Below are positions 60,533 through 64,000 of a stretch of 64,000 nt of DNA, piece by piece. The DNA comes from Laetmonice hystrix (lineage: Eukaryota), in assembly GCA_965235115.1 (NCBI GenBank), contig OZ249436.1, forward strand, positions 53,136,001-53,200,000, given 5' to 3'. Numbering within the stretch: the first letter of the stretch is position 1; each line of letters begins with the position of its first letter. The notes beneath the pieces were generated by a model. That model saw only the letters and a program-made list of their open reading frames with translations, searched no databases and had not been told where the DNA came from. The position numbers and the translations under genes are program-made.

Positions 60533-61825
60533 GTAAGTGTGGACCTCTCTGTCTTCTCTCTCACAGGATAATTCATGTCTGCCTACTCGTCTTATCTTTG
60601 GCTGAAACCAGATCCTCAGTCGTCATCCTCTATGAATTTGAAGAATGAGATGAGGGGACTTTGCAACCCCTCAGCAAGTTTCTAACAACAGAACCTGAGT
60701 TTAGTGGGACACTCCCAAGAGCTGTAACAACTGACTGAACCTGGTTAACCTTGACCCTTCTACATACATCCTCCGGACGTCGTACAGACTTCGAGTTCTA
60801 TTGGCACATGTTTACGTTGCATGTTAAAAAGAAAGAAAATAGAAAAGAATAAAATGTGCTTCTGAAGTTGTGCTCAAGGAGTCAAAAAAATGAGCACTGT
60901 TCATTTGCCTTTGTCGGTGATGTCAGACCAGTAGAATTCCTCATGTGAGGATAGATTTTACTGCTTTATTTACGTATATACAGCAGCAAGTTGATTAAAT
61001 TTGAATGTTAGTGGCTAGTAACTGACAGAGTTAGAAATGAACAATGGAAGGGTTGCCCTTTCAACAAAAATGCCCTAGCTCAGGAATTATCTTAAAGCCA
61101 GTGTTTTAAAAAATCAGGAAAGAATAACTCCTATCAGATCACAAACATAGAACCTTCCAATATGCCGCTCAGAGGCAAATATCATCATTGACAGACTAAA
61201 TGAATGTGTTCACCCTGAAGATGGACAAAGAACAGCGAAGTCGAGCCGTTTTTCAGTGACTATACATGTAATTCAATAGTGCTTTGATTGCTCACCAGGT
61301 GGCAGGATTGTGGAAATTTCCAAGTTAAGATCCAGTACCGTCAGGTGGCGTGATGGTATGTGCTTGTCCTCGTTTTGGAATACATGTACCTTCTTTTGAC
61401 ATACATGGGAAAGAATTGGCCACCTGGTACTTTGGTTCCTAAGAAAAGGTAGGCAAGCATAAAGCCATTAAAAGGTTTTAAAAATTAATAAAATTGTCAT
61501 GAAAAGTTTAAGACTTTCTTAGACCAAGAACTAACCAACACAATCTTTGGCTATAATTTACTGAGAACAGAAAAAGATTGTCGTTCCTGGAGATGTGGAG
61601 GCTTGACTTTAATAGAAGAGCTCAAAATTACTAGCAGGAAGAAGGAAGATTCATGTAGCTGTCCAATAAGGAGGATATTTTGGAGGGTCCTGTCAATACG
61701 AGACACAGAGCACTTTGTTAAAAGTGATACTTAAAACTTGACAGGTTCCTTAGCTTGACGTTGCCTCCTATAGAGCTATCACCAGGAGTGTTTTATGAAT
61801 ATATTGAAAGCTGTAATGATTTAAT

Positions 61826-63000
61826 CAGGGATGCCAGTTTGTAGTAAATTTCCTGATTTCAGGAATTTTCAGTTTTTGATTTTTTTAAATATTTTTTCCT
61901 GTAACTAGAGTCTAGTCTATTTTCCGTTTTTTAAATCAATTTTTCCTAATTTTAGGCATTTTCATATTCATTCCCCCTGGCCCTACAGTACAGGTATAAT
62001 GTTTCCTGCCATAAAGTAGATTCTTAATCTTTTTTTCATGTTAAACATGTATTGTGTGTTGACCGTGTCTACCCGCCTGCCTCCCGTCAGGGCTGCCGGC
62101 AAGGGCCCTGCATGCATACGACCGCGAGCCGGGCCGTGCGCCCGTGAGCAGGCACCGTAAGGCCGTGTATCTCTGGCCGCGTCCAGTCAGCGCTGCTCGG
62201 CAGCCGGGCCGTGCGCCCGTGAGCAGGCACCGTAAGGCCGCGTATCTCTGGTCGCGTCCGGTCAGCGCTGCTCGGCAGCGTGTAGGAAATCTGCGGTATT
62301 TGTGGTATTTTTTCAGGAACCACACTTTTGCTGTAAGGGCAAAATGCCAAGCAAATTCTCTTCTCTGATTGGTGGATATTCGCAGAATAAATAATTTAAA
62401 AAGTTTACTGCGGGCCGGGATGTTGCTGCCAATAAAACTAATAATCGGGATGGACCAGTATGGCAATTTGAAACCGATAATTTTGAAAAAATATTTAAAA
62501 TATTTTCAATAAATATCATGAAAATATTTCACTGTGAATATGTTTGAACACATCTCATATCTTACTAGATTATTCATTAGAGGCTATATATTGGTGGGAA
62601 ACATTTTTTAATTTTGTAAATATTAGGTACTAATTCCGCAATCGCCGTGCAATGTACGGTTATGCAGATTAGGTCTGACTGAAGCCAACCTTGCTTGAGT
62701 GTGTGGTTATCCGGTAATAACTGGGCTATTTAGGGTATCCTCCGACGTGTGTTCCACGTGATTATCATAGTCACTGAAGGACATGAATAAGGAAAAACCG
62801 TCATTCTTCAGTTCCCTTTGAAATATTCCACATAGGTAAAAAAAAATTCTTAGTTTTAGGTTTAAGTTGTTTAAACATGTGCTTCCAGCATAAACATGCC
62901 AAAATCAACCTATGTTCTAGTGTTAAAATGTATGGTTTGTGACTTTTAGGGCCCCCCAAAATATTTCAGGAAATTTTACCATAGCCAACTGGCATCCCTG
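61826..63000. mobile_element. Related non-autonomous TIR element (CAGGGATG termini, 6-bp TSD) with a different interior
   Basis: TIR CAGGGATGCCAGTT / AACTGGCATCCCTG; TTTAAT on both flanks; shares subterminal AAATTTCCTGA..TCAGGAA and TTTCAGGAAATTTTAC motifs with the other two copies; internal 75-bp tandem duplication at ~62126-62279. Confidence 0.9.
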
Positions 63001-63802
63001 TTTAATAACATCATGACTATCTCATGACTATTGTGACGTGTGCTAGGTGTGAACTGTCACGTGATTAGTTCAGTCGTCCTTTGTTATGCTCATGCAGTAA
63101 AATGTGACTAGAAGATTACATGAAAACACTCCTGAGGCTCGTAACCCTAGTTGACTGTACAGTATTATAGAAGGCGCGGAAGGAGGCATAATGAAGGTGA
63201 AATTTGAACTGCCCTGCTGTGGCTAATTGATCATTATGAGGAGCTTGAGTAAAGGAAACTGCTGTCATAGTAGCCCCGGTACTCATTAAAAAACTTTGCA
63301 AAATTGATTTAAAATTGATTTAACTTCATTCATATCTAATTTAATAATGATTACCATTAATGCTGACATACCTTGAAAGTGAGGCAAAGTACTGCCAGCT
63401 TGGCCTGGCTCTAAAAACTCTGTATAGTTCTGTGCTTATTCTAATAATATCACGTTACTGTTTCTTCGTAATATGTGGAAAGGCCACGTTTATTTCATGG
63501 TCTGAATACATAATTCATATACATGTATCATAATCATTGGTTCGTTTTATATCATGTCATATCATTTTACTGGTTGTTGTTGACTGTTGCTTGGTGGCTA
63601 AGTGGGAAACGCCATCTGTGGTAAAAAGCCTCTCAAAAATAATCTGGCTTTTCCTTCTTTTCCTTCTGATCTTTTCAACATCACCATCCTCACAGACAGA
63701 CTGAATAAATTGCTTGTGCCCAATAGTTGGGGAATGGGCATATATTTCTAATTCTATCTCTCTTTCTCACTACCTTAATGCTTATATTCGACCTATTCAT
63801 GT

Positions 63803-63997
63803 GAGCCTTGATGGCTCAGAGGGAAAAGCCTCTGACTCGGGCCTGTCAGCACTGGGTGCGAATCCTCGATGTGGGAAAGTTTGTCAGCTGGCTGTGTGTC
63901 AGCAGCTGGTCGATGGTGTACTCAAGATCCTCTGCTTTCCTACACCAGTCAAAGTGCCTTGATATGACCCTGGCAGAAGTTGTGAAGGTGTATTTAA
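63803..63997 (+). mobile_element. Degenerate tRNA-derived SINE
   Basis: A box TGGCTCAGAGG and B box GGTGCGAATCC. The body AAAGTTTGTCAG...GGTCGATGGT...CTCTGCTTTCCTACACCA...GATATGAC resembles, from memory, the V-domain-type SINE body common in molluscs. Confidence 0.65.
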
Positions 63998-64000
63998 TTT

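Noticed and set aside
60533..64000. Further CNOT6 exons (PPxRPW linker and nuclease domain)
   Set aside because: No matching peptide with splice sites was found; the gene presumably continues beyond the window.

Overview
Eukaryotic, intron-rich animal DNA; protein and repeat style suggest a marine invertebrate such as a mollusc, which is inference only. Three spliced genes can be read from the sequence. (1) A TspanC8-type tetraspanin (+; exons 20672-37185; first coding exon not found and probably upstream of the window). (2) A complete 9-exon mitochondrial ribosomal protein L1 gene, MRPL1 (-; 52468-46421, 355 aa). (3) The 5' part of the CCR4 deadenylase gene CNOT6/6L (+; from ~52714), head-to-head with MRPL1 across ~245 bp. 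Main observations: (a) the tetraspanin has two paralogous, intact 75-nt exons that each encode TM3 (23088-23162 and 27299-27373), a candidate mutually exclusive splicing switch, with a GCATG-rich minisatellite between them and a TGCATG upstream of each. (b) Removing a 5'-truncated L2/CR1-group LINE (1991-4453) at its ATTTC duplication re-joins a 201-codon stop-free minus-strand frame, part of a ~11-kb block of apparently decayed intronless ORFs of unknown identity (possible endogenous virus or giant-transposon cargo). (c) A 3.25-kb foldback DNA element has arms made of 151-bp tandem units and a core with five copies of a tRNA-like A/B-box unit. (d) Three CAGGGATG-ended elements all have 6-bp TSDs. 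MITEs, a SINE and minisatellites make up the remaining repeats. No CRISPR array, rRNA or intact tRNA gene is supported. All coordinates and translations were derived by hand; no database search was run.
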